The position numbers and the translations under genes are program-made. A stretch of 64,000 nt of DNA from Caecitellus pseudoparvulus (Eukaryota > Protista > Bigyra: Bicosoecida), in contig CBFFRQ010000094.1 in the NCBI GenBank assembly GCA_965644315.1, positions 124,001 to 188,000 on the forward strand. The letters are read 5' to 3'. Positions 1 to 10,200 of the stretch are shown here, in pieces; the stretch's first letter is position 1, and every line of letters starts with the position of its first letter. The notes beneath the pieces were generated by a model. That model saw nothing but the letters and a program-made list of their open reading frames with translations, was not told the DNA's origin and made no database searches.

Positions 1-480
1 CGAGAAGAGGCCTGCCACCAGGCACACCGCGGGAAGCAGGCTGTTCATCAGACTCATTGCCCCCCGTGCGCGAACAAGGTAGTCGTAACGGTCACAGGCT
101 TGGTGTGGATCGTCTGCTCCATCCGGGCCAGCTGCCTCTTCCTGGGCGTTTTCAAGTGTGCTGGCAGCGCTGGGTACCAGACCAAATCCGAACAAGAGAA
201 GTACGCCCAGCCACAAAAGCGCGCACGTGTTCCAGAGGCAGCATTCCCTCTCGGTATTCCAGCCTAGAGGCAGGAAAGGACACCTCTCCAACCGCACATA
301 TCCAGTGTAGCTGCTCCTGCCATAACTCGAATCTCCACCACCTCCCCACGACACAAGAATATCACTTGGAAAGGGGGTTGGAATCACCACTGCCACGCGA
401 TTGATGCGCGGTGGGGTTCGGGATGTCCTGGCAATCTCACGCTGCAGCGACACCCATGCCAGCTTCGACATGCCGATCAT
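1..480 (-). CDS. possible 5' part of a membrane/secreted protein gene running off the window edge
   Basis: Manual translation gives a stop-free minus frame from ATG 480 (MIGMSKLAW...) to position 1, with hydrophobic stretches ALLWLGVLLLFGFGLVPSAAS and MSLMNSLLPAVCLVAGLFS. No family motif. Confidence 0.25.
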   Translation of the reverse strand, partial: MIGMSKLAWVSLQREIARTSRTPPRINRVAVVIPTPFPSDILVSWGGGGDSSYGRSSYTGYVRLERCPFLPLGWNTERECCLWNTCALLWLGVLLLFGFGLVPSAASTLENAQEEAAGPDGADDPHQACDRYDYLVRARGAMSLMNSLLPAVCLVAGLFS

Positions 481-951
481 CTCAATGCGCGCCGTGCTCC
501 CCACTCGCACGCCTACCAATGTCCCACAGCATGTGCATCATCGCCTCGGCACCTTCGGCCATGGGCACCGGGGCGAGCGGGGTGCGGTCCACGTGGCCCC
601 TGATTGGGCCAAGGCGGCCATCAGGGAAGTAGCGAAGCCAGCATTGTTTGTGAATCTCATCTCAATACGACATACACGCAGCCCCAGACCTCCGCATCAA
701 GCGCGCGAAGGACACTCCCTATGATACACCCAATCGCGCACACTGCAACACCCACCCGAAGCCCACTTGCCTTCAAACACAGGCATGCCCCTCCACGACT
801 CTCAACAACGCGCGCAGGAATCCCAGGACACATCCCAATGCAAGACCACACGCCGCTGGTCCACAACCCTTCCCGCTCACCAACGCACTGCGTTTCTTAT
901 TCAATGCCTGACTCGTCATGTGCCTGCCAGCTTGGTGCAGCACGCCATGCC

Positions 952-3699
952 TTACCCACACCGCCGCCCAATCGTGGAACCTAAGAGGCCAAAGAGGAGC
1001 TCGGGCATCTGGGGGATTTGAGGGCGCGTGTACCCCGCCTTCTCTGCTCTAGAATACCACAAGGCGGCCTGTATCCTGTCTGGCGTGACACGCGCACCAC
1101 GGGTGTACATGGCGCCCAGCCGTGAGCACGCCTCAGCGGCGTACTCTGCAATACATCGCGCGTCCTCAGACGACGGTCGAAAACTGCCCCGACCAGCATC
1201 GGTGTGGGACTTGAGTTGTCGCAGCTCCCTCGTTGCTTCAGCCAAGAGCCGCTCAGCACGGTCAGCCCGGGACTTTGCTTCTGACACCTCACTTGCCGCC
1301 GCGAGTGCTCGCTCCTCTGCAGCCAGCGCTCGTTTCTTGGCCTCGGCTGCCTGCCGCTCCGCAGCCACAGCGCGCTGCTCTGCAGCGGCCACTCGCGACT
1401 GCACCTGTCCTCGCTGACCCTCAGCTGCCGACGCGCATTGTTCTGCCTCTACAGCGCGTGATTTCGCTGCACTGACCTGGATCCCGGCCGATGCCGCACG
1501 CTGCTCTGCAGCTGCCGCGCGTGCGTTGGCCTCAGATATCGCAACCTGTGCCGCTGCGAGCACAGCTTCCAGCGAGCTGACACTGAGCACAGCTAAGTTG
1601 TCCCCGCTTTCCAGATCCACGGCCCCGTCGTCTGCAGCCAGTGCCTCCCCATGCCGCTGCTCCAGCAGCCTGCGCACAGAGCTCCCCTTTGCGCCCGCAC
1701 ACGTCAGTCGGAAGCCGGGGCCAAGGCCCCACTGCCCACCTGCATGCACGTCAATTGCCTGCATACCAGTCAACGACAAGAGCTCCTTCACCACCGTCGC
1801 GTGGCCGTTTTGACAGGCCAGGCGGAAGGCCAGCTCTTGCTGGGCGTGCACGTCCACAGCCTGGGAGCCCGTCTGCGCGAGCAGTCGCCGTACACGGGAG
1901 CCGCTTCCTTTGCTGCAGGCGGCGATGAAAGGGCTGCCGCCCCCCTCGCCTTCCAGCTCGGACAAGGTATCTTCGCTGGAGCACTGCACCAGTGTGTCAG
2001 CACGTGCAAGACAGCGAGGGGCAGTGGCCTGCTCCCTGTGGCACACGCTTGTGTACCCTTCTGCGCAGCATCCCGCCCCACCTCCAGCCACACACCGCAA
2101 CACTTCGCCCCAAGCCCCCTCACATTCCTCGCCAGCCCCCACAAATAGTCCCAGCTGTGGCTCACCACCCCCGCCTTCCATGCCCAGTATCTCACGCAGC
2201 ACGCGGACCACACTCCGCCCCCCCTCCCCGGCATCCACTTCACTCCATACACCTGAGCACGCCCCCAGCAACACCTGGCACGAGCCAGCCTTCAGAGCAG
2301 ACACAAAGTCCCCCACTGAGCAGGATGGTAGCCCCACCACCACGAAGCTGCCCACGTCCACACCACCCAGTGCGACGCCACACGCCTCTGCAGCAGCACA
2401 CACAGCCAGCACCTGCTTGCTCACACACTCCCGGTCAAGTCGCCCCACATCGGACCAGGCTTCGTCAAACACAACTCGGCCCAGCGACCAGCCTGCCTCA
2501 CAGTGCACTTGCACAGTCACTTCGCTCGTCAGGCCGAACGGTGCAGATGCCGTGGCGCTGTGGCAGGAATACTGCACTGCTGCGCCCTGCACCCCCTGAG
2601 CAAAGCGAGGCAAGCCTTGCGCCTGCCTGGCCAAGTCACAACGCACCACGGCCTCTACGCTGCTGCACAAGGCGCCTGCCACCGTGGCCACTTGGGAGCA
2701 CCACTCCTCTATAACTTGGCGGTCAGTGTCAGCGTCTTGTGCGAGCACCTCGCGCATTTGGAACACGAAATCCGCCTCGCTGTGGAAGCACCGGACACCC
2801 GCCACCACTTGCACGTCGTGCACTCGGCGCAGCTGGTGAGCTCCAACTGCTTCCACACACACCAGTGTGCTGGTCAGTGTGGCCATGGCGCTTGCAGCAG
2901 CCTCCAAGTGCTGGGCAGCTGCTGTGCTTGTCAGGCCACCTGTGCCCCCCCCTTGCAACCACGCCGCCTGCTGCCACATGGTGGCCAGGGCGTGAGCCGC
3001 GGTGTCGCCACTGCCACCACTCTGTGAGGCGGTTGGAAGTTGATGCTGGACCTTATGGTCGTGCTCCTTGCGCCTCCTCCACCAGTGGGCCAGGCTGACC
3101 ACAGCGTCGTGTGCACTCGCCCTACCCACATTGAACCACGCCTCCAGGACAGGGCCCCACAGCGCATCCCCAGCCGGCAATGCGTCCACATCTGCGCCAG
3201 ATGCCGCCTGGTGCAGCACATCCACGGCACAGAAGCACCGGAAGGACAGGTACTCCAGCGCAGCACATGCATCCACCTGCCCGCCCTGCCCCTGCAGCAG
3301 GTCTGCCCGCTCCAACATGGCACCCGCCGCTTCACGCAGCAGCCCCTCCAGCCCCACAAGCGTGACAGGCTCCCAGAACGCACTGCGCGGAAGAGGCTGC
3401 TCACGAGCCATGGCCGCCAGCCCGCGCAGAGCAACGCCGGCAAGCTCAGCACCCTCGGGCAAACACCGCACTTTGGCCAGACACGCCAGGACGGCCTCAG
3501 CTGGTGCCTTCCCAGCCACAGGCCCAGCATGGCCCCATCCAGCGCCTGCATGTGTGTGGCATCCTGCCTGTGTGCGAGAATGGGGTGTGCAATGAGTGGT
3601 TGGCGGGCAATGGGATGCGGCAGTCGACAAATGCAAGATCCGCTGCTGGGTTGCCACAAGCACTTCCACTTGAGGCAGGCACGCCAGCCAGGGAGACAC
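952..3699 (-). CDS. multidomain protein: helical N-terminus, degenerate kinase-like domain, ankyrin-like repeats, coiled coil, C-terminal Sel1-like repeat
   Basis: 915-aa ORF. Ankyrin-like AFRLACQNGHATVVKELLSLTGMQAIDVHA; Ala/Glu/Arg heptads (AAAEQRAVAAERQAAEAKKRALAAEER); Sel1-like AEACSRLGAMYTRGARVTPDRIQAALWYSRAEKAGY; kinase alphaE/catalytic-loop-like RECVSKQVLAVCAAAEACGVALGGVDVGSFVV. True start uncertain (the ORF start is GTG). Confidence 0.7.
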   Translation of the reverse strand: MSPWLACLPQVEVLVATQQRILHLSTAASHCPPTTHCTPHSRTQAGCHTHAGAGWGHAGPVAGKAPAEAVLACLAKVRCLPEGAELAGVALRGLAAMAREQPLPRSAFWEPVTLVGLEGLLREAAGAMLERADLLQGQGGQVDACAALEYLSFRCFCAVDVLHQAASGADVDALPAGDALWGPVLEAWFNVGRASAHDAVVSLAHWWRRRKEHDHKVQHQLPTASQSGGSGDTAAHALATMWQQAAWLQGGGTGGLTSTAAAQHLEAAASAMATLTSTLVCVEAVGAHQLRRVHDVQVVAGVRCFHSEADFVFQMREVLAQDADTDRQVIEEWCSQVATVAGALCSSVEAVVRCDLARQAQGLPRFAQGVQGAAVQYSCHSATASAPFGLTSEVTVQVHCEAGWSLGRVVFDEAWSDVGRLDRECVSKQVLAVCAAAEACGVALGGVDVGSFVVVGLPSCSVGDFVSALKAGSCQVLLGACSGVWSEVDAGEGGRSVVRVLREILGMEGGGGEPQLGLFVGAGEECEGAWGEVLRCVAGGGAGCCAEGYTSVCHREQATAPRCLARADTLVQCSSEDTLSELEGEGGGSPFIAACSKGSGSRVRRLLAQTGSQAVDVHAQQELAFRLACQNGHATVVKELLSLTGMQAIDVHAGGQWGLGPGFRLTCAGAKGSSVRRLLEQRHGEALAADDGAVDLESGDNLAVLSVSSLEAVLAAAQVAISEANARAAAAEQRAASAGIQVSAAKSRAVEAEQCASAAEGQRGQVQSRVAAAEQRAVAAERQAAEAKKRALAAEERALAAASEVSEAKSRADRAERLLAEATRELRQLKSHTDAGRGSFRPSSEDARCIAEYAAEACSRLGAMYTRGARVTPDRIQAALWYSRAEKAGYTRPQIPQMPELLFGLLGSTIGRRCG

Positions 3700-4164
3700 A
3701 ACGCACCATTGGGCAAGATGGGCAGAACTTGATGAAGGTAGACTTGTCCTGTTGCCGTGAACTCTGCGCGGAAGTGCTCAGAAGTGTCCGGGTGAGGGGC
3801 TGAAATGGTCACCCTGTCGCTGGCGACCAGAGAACGTCAAACTTGTGTGGCAGCTTTCACAGCTGCAAGGGTGGGTGGTCGTATTGTAGAGTCGCTCTGC
3901 GTCATGCTAGGAAATTTATGAAATTGTATGCTGTTGCAGAATTTGTTAAGCATCTCTCGCTGAGACATCGATCTCCATCCAACCACATCCGGGGGAGGAG
4001 TCTCACCCAGAGCAAGAAGTGCAAACTTGCTCTGTGCCTTCCCCCCCGCATCCCTCAGGCTCAAGACCTCCTGCATGGCGGCTTTCTCTAGCTGCGGCTT
4101 GTTTGGTGACAGGAACACCCCGGGTCTCCACGGTCACGCACTGGATGCATTCATGCCTGCCTGC

Positions 4165-5979
4165 TCAAACAGCTGCGTCCGCCGTCCCTTGCTCCTCGCC
4201 TGGAGCATCCTCCTCTACGTCTGCGAAGAAGCTGGAAGCCACAACGGTAAGGGCCAAGGGTGCGTTCCTCTCCCTAGCAGCGAGAGACTCCTGCCACTTC
4301 GTGCTGGCAATGGCCAGGAGTGTCCGTGGAATGAGTGTAATGGTCCCTGCTATGACATCCGCTCCAGCGCCTGCTGCTGCCTCGAGAACGCCACTTCGCG
4401 CAGCCACTGCAGCTGTGCCAAAGTTGGTGCCAAGTTTTGCTGCCTCTAGCACACAGATCCAGCATGTGCAGGCGCGATCTTCGTCGCCTCGGTTCACTGC
4501 CGTGCAGTACTGCACGATAGATTCTGGCGCAGGTGGCAGCATGGAAAACAGGAGCTGACCGCCCGTAAGGCCGATAGGGCAAGCAACTTTCGTATAGTTC
4601 CTGCCCACTTCGCGTTGCACAAGGCTCCCAACCTGAGCAGCGGTGCTCCCGGCAATGGGGTTCCCGTTTGCTGTGGCATGCAAGACTGCAAACAGACGCC
4701 ATACATAGAATGCCACAAAGTGTCCAAACGGTGAAAGTGACGCTGCGTTCCGCACTGGGCGTGCCACTAGCTCTGCAGGCAGCTGCACTGCGTTGTCCGC
4801 AAGCGTACGCACGGCAAAGGCAGCGGCACCGAGCATCTTCAATGGACCCGGCAGCCAAGAGCGTTCGGTGTACTTTTTCCATGTAATGGAGGCCTCATGG
4901 TCAAACAGTTTGGTGGTTGCCGTTCCTGTCAGGCGGCCAAAGTTGGTCATGTCCACCGTTTTTCCTCCGTGCACGAAGCTATCAAGCCCCGGCATGATGG
5001 AGGGAGCTGGCAAGCCAACGACAGAGTCTGCACAATGATGCACTCGCAAGTAGCCGCTCCCTGATGCAATGTTGTACTTGGCGTGGTCGCCATTCAGCAC
5101 CTCTGCGAGGCAGTCAATGTACACGGCATTCCCGACTCGGGGCTGCCCGAATGTGATCAGGCGGAGAGGGTGCGCGCCTTGTGCCACGCTGATCGCAGCG
5201 GCGCGTCCTCTCAAGCGGGAGTCGACGAAGATCTTGTTCGACAACAGGACAGCGAGGGCTCCTCCCAGGGAGTGCCCTGTGACCAGAAGCGGCGCGGTAG
5301 CTGATGTGTTGGCGGTGGCCATGAGTGCGGCAAGGGGCCGCTCCAGCACGCGCCACAGAGCCACTGCGCACTTCATGAAGCCTTTGTGCACTCGTGCCGC
5401 ATAGCGGAGGTTTCGCTGGATGTCAGCTTCAGTCCAGCTGTCAAAGTCGCCGCGTGCCATTGCTTGCTCATTGCGAACGCCCTGCACCATGGTGAACTCG
5501 AAGTTCCTCTTCCAGTTCTTGCGTGTTTCAGACCCACGGACAGCAACAATGACGAAATTGCGGGTGGCTCCAATGAGCGCCACAAGATCTTGCTCTTCGC
5601 ATTTAACAACATCGTGGTGTTCCAGGCCAAATGAACGCCACAGATCCGGCTCATATGCAGTAGAAGAAGCTGCAAGTGCGACTGCCAGCTCGTCCACGCG
5701 GAGGGGCTTGCTGAGGATGCCACGTTGCTGCATCACAAACTTGCGCATCAACGCATCATCGGCATCCACTGCAGCTCTTGCGTCCTCCTTCGAACGGCCG
5801 ATGAAGTGCCCGAAGCGAGACAGACGCGAAACTATGAGCTTCGGTGGATAGTCGGCCAACTGCTCCGCCAAAGGCATAAAGGGGTGAACATTGAACACTC
5901 GGTTGGCGAATCCAACGATCAACGATCCAGTAGGGTCCTGGTCATACCCTTCCCACTCGCTGTCATCGGCGGCTGCCAT
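4165..5979 (-). CDS. class 3 lipase (Lipase_3 family)
   Basis: IVAVRGSE, VHKGF, nucleophile elbow VTGHSLGGALA, TFGQPRVGN, catalytic Asp region RVHHCADSVVGLP, candidate His in PFGHFVAFY. ATG at 5979. Confidence 0.9.
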   Translation of the reverse strand: MAAADDSEWEGYDQDPTGSLIVGFANRVFNVHPFMPLAEQLADYPPKLIVSRLSRFGHFIGRSKEDARAAVDADDALMRKFVMQQRGILSKPLRVDELAVALAASSTAYEPDLWRSFGLEHHDVVKCEEQDLVALIGATRNFVIVAVRGSETRKNWKRNFEFTMVQGVRNEQAMARGDFDSWTEADIQRNLRYAARVHKGFMKCAVALWRVLERPLAALMATANTSATAPLLVTGHSLGGALAVLLSNKIFVDSRLRGRAAAISVAQGAHPLRLITFGQPRVGNAVYIDCLAEVLNGDHAKYNIASGSGYLRVHHCADSVVGLPAPSIMPGLDSFVHGGKTVDMTNFGRLTGTATTKLFDHEASITWKKYTERSWLPGPLKMLGAAAFAVRTLADNAVQLPAELVARPVRNAASLSPFGHFVAFYVWRLFAVLHATANGNPIAGSTAAQVGSLVQREVGRNYTKVACPIGLTGGQLLFSMLPPAPESIVQYCTAVNRGDEDRACTCWICVLEAAKLGTNFGTAAVAARSGVLEAAAGAGADVIAGTITLIPRTLLAIASTKWQESLAARERNAPLALTVVASSFFADVEEDAPGEEQGTADAAV

Positions 5980-7213
5980 TGTCACAAGCGCTTTTCCCTG
6001 CGGTGCGGACAGGACTTGCCTCGGGTTGGAGCCGAATCACGCGGCGGCCTGCGAGCGAAGAGCGTGGGGCACCTGCAAGATTGAAAATATTGTTGAAAGT
6101 GCTTCTTTCGATGCTTTGACGTTCCACAGCGCTTGCAGGGCAGGTGGCGCAGGGCTGCGCGCTGCCACCGCGTTGCATGCCGAATGTTGGCAGCCTCTTC
6201 AGGGGCGCGACCCCTGAGCCACAGCAGGGGGTTCTACTCGGCATGATTCGCAGCTACGTCACACTAAAAGGCACCCCGTGCCCAAAGCGACACACATTTC
6301 AAGTTCGCTAGCCTCGCCTTTCGTATTGCACAGCCGTTTCAGCGAAGCAAAGCTGTCCGCCAGCGCTTGCGACTGACCGGTCAGCACAGCCCAAGCGGGG
6401 GCAACGAGCGCCAAACACCGACACGGTTGACAAGTAGTACTCACGATGGGGTGGAGTGAGAAGGAAGGGAAAAAAGAGGTGGTTGGGAGTGAAGCGATGA
6501 TTGGAGTGGAAGGTTGGATTTGAGCGACTGCTAAGACTGCAAATGCTGCGCCCACGGTGCTGGAAAACCAGACCCCGGGCCTGTAAACAGCATGAAAAGC
6601 CAAATCCACCATGTCTTCTTGCTGACCCCACCCCTCGCGATTGTCTGCAGCGCCGGCAGAGGCTGCAGCCGTCGTCGAGCGGATCGCTCGCACTTGCGAC
6701 AAGCACACCTCGCTGAGCACGCAACGTTCACATGCTTGTTCGGTGCCAAACTGGTCCGTAGCTTCCCTTGTTGCGATAAAAGGACAAACGTTTCACTGAG
6801 ATTTCAATTCCATGCAGCGCAGGAGCTCTGCAAACGTCCGTCGCAAGCACTGCGGAAATTGGCACCTGGGCAGAGCTTGCGACATGCCTTCAAAACCACT
6901 GCAGGAGACTCACAGGAGGTTCCTGCGGCTGCAAAGCAAACCCAGCCACTATAAATCCCTGACAGCTCCCCTCCCTTGCACTTGAAGCTGCGTGCCACGC
7001 TGCTATGGTTGGTGCGAGCACGCTGCTGTGGCTCCCCCAACCTCACCGCTGCTCAGTCCACGTCAAGCACCGCACAGACTTGCAGCGTGCCCCAGAAAAC
7101 AGACTAACAGCACTCCGAAAGACACAGCATCTATACTAGGCACATTTCGGCCATCTCTGGCTGGATCTGAGGCCTGGTAACGGCATGGCGCAATGGTGTG
7201 GCCCTCCGCTTCG

Positions 7214-10200
7214 TCACCTGCGCCGCCTGGCATCTGGCAACTCGTCTTCGAACCAGTCAAACTGGAAGGTGCGGTGGTCGCTGACTTTGGCCTTGACGGG
7301 GCGCAGGCGGCGCAGGGCCGTGCGCCAGTGCAGCATGGCGGAGCGCGTCGCAGCGACGACCAGTGGTCGCATGAGTGCTTTCAGTGCCTCACGTCCCGTG
7401 GGCGGCGCCAGGGCGGCACGTTGGGCAGGCTGCAGGAGGGCTGCAAAGGCGACGTGGGGGGGATGGGCGCCGCCCCGGGAGGGGGAGACGGCACCACCTC
7501 CCCCTGTTGTCGGGACTGGGTCTGGGGCGGTGTCCACTGTGAGGGGTGCTGGGTGTGGGGCGGCTGATGGGCGTGTCACGCCTGGGGTGGGTGGGCCCAT
7601 GAGTCCCGGAACGGGCCCATCATCGGTGCCCATGGCGGCTTGCAGGCTGCCCAGGGCTGCTGCGAGTGGGTCAGATGCGGCGTGTGGGCCCACCCAGGGC
7701 TGAGCAGCGCCTGCACGGGGCGTGCCTGCGCCCACACTGCGGGGTGTGGCGCCACCCCCGTCAGTTTCCCGTGTCACGTCCCTTTCACGCGCCGCACCAC
7801 TGCGGGGGGTGGTGCCACCATGCCGCCCCTGGCGAGGCGACACAGAGCCCCGTGAGGGGGGGCGCAACACCCCCCCACCCCCCCCTGCACCAGCCACACC
7901 AGGCGGCGCAGGCGGCGGCGCCAGGGCTGCCTTGGAGGGTGGCGGCAGGGCAGGCAGGGGGGGTGCGTACATGGCCCGGTGGTCTTGGTGAGCACGGACC
8001 AATTGGTCCGCGTAGGCGTCCCATCCCCCCTGCACGGCTGCCCGCAGGTCGGCCTGAGACACCCCAGCCCACGCTGGCACGTCAGCGACATCCTGGTGGC
8101 TGCGCACGAGGTGCGACTCGAGGTCGTGCGTCAGCACTCGTCGAGCCGTGGACAGCATCAGCAGCACTGGTGGCGCCCGCCTCGCATGTGCGACCAGGGC
8201 CGCGAGCTGTGCCCGTCGCGCTTTCAGTCGTGTCGCGGCGGCCTCTTCAGACAGCAGCTCACGGGCGGCAGACAGGTCGGGTTTGCCGTCTTTGTTCCGT
8301 GTTCCGGGTCGGGATCCGCTGGCCGTCGGTCCTCCCCCTCCCGCCGCATCCTCTGCCCGGCGCCATTCCATCAGGCCGGCTCGCCAGTGGGCATGTCGCA
8401 GGCGCCGAACGAGGCGGTCGCACGCCATGGCTTGCAAGGCGGGCCCCGGTGGCACAGGTCGCATGTGCAGAGGAATGGATGCCAGCACCACCTCCAGCTC
8501 CATGGGCAGGGTTGCCTTGGAGGGTGGCAGGAACATGCCGTTGGAGTGTGCCTCTGCCGCCGCCTCCACGTTGAAGTCGCCAGCTGAGGCCGCCACTGCG
8601 GCGTCGGCAGCCGCAGCGGCAGCTGCTTCCGGGTCCGCATCGGGTTCAGCCTTGGCGGCGGCGGCCTCTGCGAGTTCCTGCGACCTTAGCTCGCGCCGCA
8701 GGGCCCGGTCCAGCTGGCGGTCGGACACCCCCCGCAGTCCACTGGGGCGTGCGGCTGCGGTGGGCCCAGTCTTGCCGGGGGCCTCAGGGGACGATGACGC
8801 CCCAGCCCCCCCCGTCGGCACCAAGCCCAGACTCAGGGCCCTGTCTTCCCCCCGGTTCGAGCTGGTTTCCGTGGTTGCCTGGATGTCGGCCTTCAGGGCC
8901 CGTGTCACGGCGCGGTTGCTGGGGACGAACACCCCCCCCGTGCCCGGGGGCGGCAGCGCCGACACCGTTCCGCGTCGTTGGCCCAGGAGCTGCAGCTGCA
9001 ATTTCCGCACGCGGCCTTCCAGCGCCGCTTGTCCCCCCGGCCGAAACCCCCAGTCAGAGGGGGCGGGGCGGTCAGAGACGGAGCGGGGGCGGCGGTGGGG
9101 GCGGCGAGTCAACAGGGTGGGCCCACCCCATCCGTGCGACCCGGCGCCCCCGGCTCCGCTGGCCTTGGACATGCGCAGGGCAGACTGGATGCGGGGGGAG
9201 GTGAGGGGGGGGTCCACAGTGCCCCACCCCCCCCTCGCGGACCCTGTGCGGTGCAGGGGTGTGCGACCCCCCCCGTTCCCCCCCTGCCCCTTGAACAGGG
9301 TCATGGGCAGTGGCTCTGCCGTGGGGGGCAGGAGCTGTGCCATGAGGGGGTTCAACGCAGCACGCAGGGTGGGGAAGAGGAGGGGGTCCCACAGGCACCC
9401 CCCCTCATCCCCCCCTTGGACCCCCCTCCCAGCCACCGCCGCGGCCACGGGTGGCAGCACAAGTTCCCGCAGTATGCTGGGCAGCAGAGTCAGAGCTGAG
9501 GGCAAGCGTGGGGTGTTCCGTGCACCTCGCCCCGTGCTGGTGCGTTTCAGCAGGCTGACGTGGCGGCTGCGCATGCGGTAGGGTGCCGTGGGTGGCAGCT
9601 GCTCAACTTCCGCACTCCACGCCCAGGGGTGGGAGGTGGCCCGACTCACAGCGTACCCTGCGCGGGCGGTGGGCCCACGTGTCGGGGCCAGGTCCAAGTC
9701 TGGCTGGGTGTAGTACTGGATGAGGACCTTGTTGGAACGCCGGCGCGTGTTCCGGCTTGGATCCAGTGGGTCGGGCACGACCTCATCCGGGGGCGGTAGG
9801 GATACAGCGACGCCTTGCGCCAGAGCCCGCATGACGCGGCTGGCACGGTGAGGGGTGGGCCCACCTCCCCGCGCAGACTGCGCACCCCCCCCGTCCCCCC
9901 CCTCCTGTCCCTGCCGCAGGGCCAGCCCGGCTGCGGCGAGGTCTGCTGTGCTGCCCGCTTGCACTGCGACGCGGGGGGAATGGGCCCATGCCTCGCCGCC
10001 CCGTCGCAGGGCCTTGGCGGCACGTCGCACAGCGAGCTGCTTGCGTCGCCAGGCGGGGTCGGCTTGTGCCTGTACAATGCGCACTAACGTGCCGCCCTTG
10101 CCGCCCGTATTACTCTCCCATTGCGCCACTGCCCGCAGCACTGCCGCAGCGTAAATCTCCGCAACCAGCTCGTCCCACACGGAAGCCAGCAGCTCACGCC

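Noticed and set aside
3837-4118. 93-aa minus-strand ORF as a gene or upstream exon of 952-3699
   Set aside because: No recognisable motif, and I could not establish a convincing splice path.
4165-5979. EDS1/PAD4-like immune lipase
   Set aside because: Only the generic Lipase_3 motifs are visible; no EP domain can be supported.
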